36,290 bases of DNA from Paraglomus brasilianum. Taxonomy: Eukaryota. A program made the position numbers and the translations under genes. The notes under the pieces were generated by a model. The model ran no database searches, was not told where the DNA came from, and saw nothing but the letters and a program-made list of their open reading frames with translations. Location: positions 1-36,290 of the forward strand of contig CAJVPI010000296.1 of assembly GCA_910592345.1 (NCBI GenBank), written 5' to 3'. Below are positions 34,865 through 36,290 of this stretch, piece after piece (the stretch's first letter is position 1; each line of letters opens with the position of its first letter).

Positions 34865-36285
34865 ATGAATCAGGATTTGTTTATTAAAATTTTTGAATTT
34901 CTGCAATGTGCCCAACAAGAACTTCTTACCGCCGACGCGGTTATCTATCAGGCGTTTGAGGAAAATTCTCGGATTTCGCAAGATGATTTGAGAACGATTG
35001 TAAATCGTGCCATAGCTTCAGTTGAAGGTCTTTATGCTACTGGCTCGCCAAGATTGACAAAATTGTTGGCTATTTCGACTCAGGTTTGTGTGTGTGTGTG
35101 TGTGTGGCTAATTTATTTTCTTCCAGTGCACTAAACGTAAATTTGTTTCAATTAGTTTGATAGTGCCTATAAAGGTGTCTGTAGTTTGCGCGATCTCGGC
35201 GCTTTAAACATAAATCTGGACGATCATCCTGGTCAAATTGAAGACATTGCAAAAAATGTAAACGACTTAAAGAGAAATATTGGTAAAGGCAGGCCGAAGA
35301 AGCTTTATGAATTATTGTACAATTTTATCAACAATTTGCGCGTCTCCAACTTGACTTGGGATAATCCGTTGTCCAGTAAAGTCATCAGTGATGAGATAAT
35401 ACAAAATGAGATAATACAAAAGCTAGATGAGGATAATCGAGTCGATTTTTTGAAGCCCGTGAGTGACAGGGTGCCCAAATTTCTCCCGGCGAACGTCGAA
35501 GCTGTGTGTAAACAATTTGTGGATAATTTCGTTCCGGAAAATGCAGATGTATCATACGAAAAGTATTCACATGATGGAACGTGGAAAGAAGGGGGCAGAA
35601 CTATGAAGAGTACTACAAGGGGAATTCTGAGAGTATTGTAAGTAATTAGTGATGTGTCGTTCCATGTCTATATATTTTTAATATACTTTTATATACTTTT
35701 ATTAGGAAAAAGTGCTGGAACAACCCTGTCTTAAAAGAAAATGTGAACGAGGGCACGTATGTCAATACTGTAATAATGCCGGTGATTCAGGCTGCGCTGA
35801 AGGACATGCCGTTGTTAATCAGTTGCAGCGAACGGCAAAGTCATGCCAGCGCCGATAGAAAAGGCGATATTGGAAGAAAACCAGACATTATGGTTGAAGT
35901 TGAGCGGAATGCCCAAATGTATGAAATTCTATATGCGGAATGTTCCCGCATGTTTTCGCCACCAAGAAAAAAACTGGACGATCAAGTAAAGTTGTGGCGA
36001 GTAATGAATGATGGGATGTATTGGCTTCGTAAGTTCTGCAAGCCAGAAAAGGGGCAATTTGGCATCTTGGGGGTGCAGGTGTTCAGAAAAATGTTTCGCG
36101 TAAACGTTCTTATTCGAGATGAGTATGATATTCACTTTCATTACCGTCTTATTGAATCTGAGATTCCTGTTCGGCAGTCAGATGTTAAGACCGTGACAGA
36201 ATTTGTTCGAACATTAACGTTATTATACTTTTGTTGCCGTACATATCAAACTCATGTGATCATCCGAAACTTCACCGACGTCTAA
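34865..36285 (+). CDS. PD-(D/E)xK restriction-endonuclease-fold protein of an expanded Mucoromycota/Glomeromycotina family; at least 3 exons, 3' end uncertain
   Basis: Exons 34865-35083, 35156-35637 and 35706-36285 join in frame. Motifs NEGTYVNTVIMP, ERQSHASADRK, RKPDIM, YAECSR, DDQVKLWRVMNDG and ILGVQV. A CTAAC near 36282 suggests a further intron may cross the window edge. Confidence 0.8.
35088..35106. repeat. (TG)n microsatellite in intron 1 of the nuclease-like gene
   Basis: TGTGTGTGTGTGTGTGTG immediately after the donor site. Confidence 0.9.
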
Positions 36286-36290
36286 CAACG

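Overview
This is intron-containing, AT-rich eukaryotic DNA from a fungus, most likely Mucoromycota (Endogonales- or Glomeromycotina-like; inferred from the gene families and the ~60-100 bp introns). It has three zones. (1) 1-5.4 kb is gene-poor: a partial kinase-associated ORF, a 170-bp TA-flanked MITE and decayed coding relics. (2) 5.5-20.5 kb is a conserved block with two head-to-head pairs (SCY1-like pseudokinase with an ECM15/UPF0045 gene; an Ssk1-type response regulator with a chromodomain, Chp1-like gene) and a C2H2 zinc-finger gene. (3) 21-34.5 kb is an accessory patchwork: orphan intronless ORFs, an F-box gene, a Q-rich/FHA-like gene and duplicated gene fragments. These are stitched together by about 16 copies of an ACATCCCTCAGGCAT-core module in tandem arrays and long-range inverted pairs, around a conserved Nur1/Mug154 gene. 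A PD-(D/E)xK nuclease-like gene ends the window. The best candidate for something undescribed is the modular repeat and cargo system in zone 3. All gene models were built by eye and no database searches were run.
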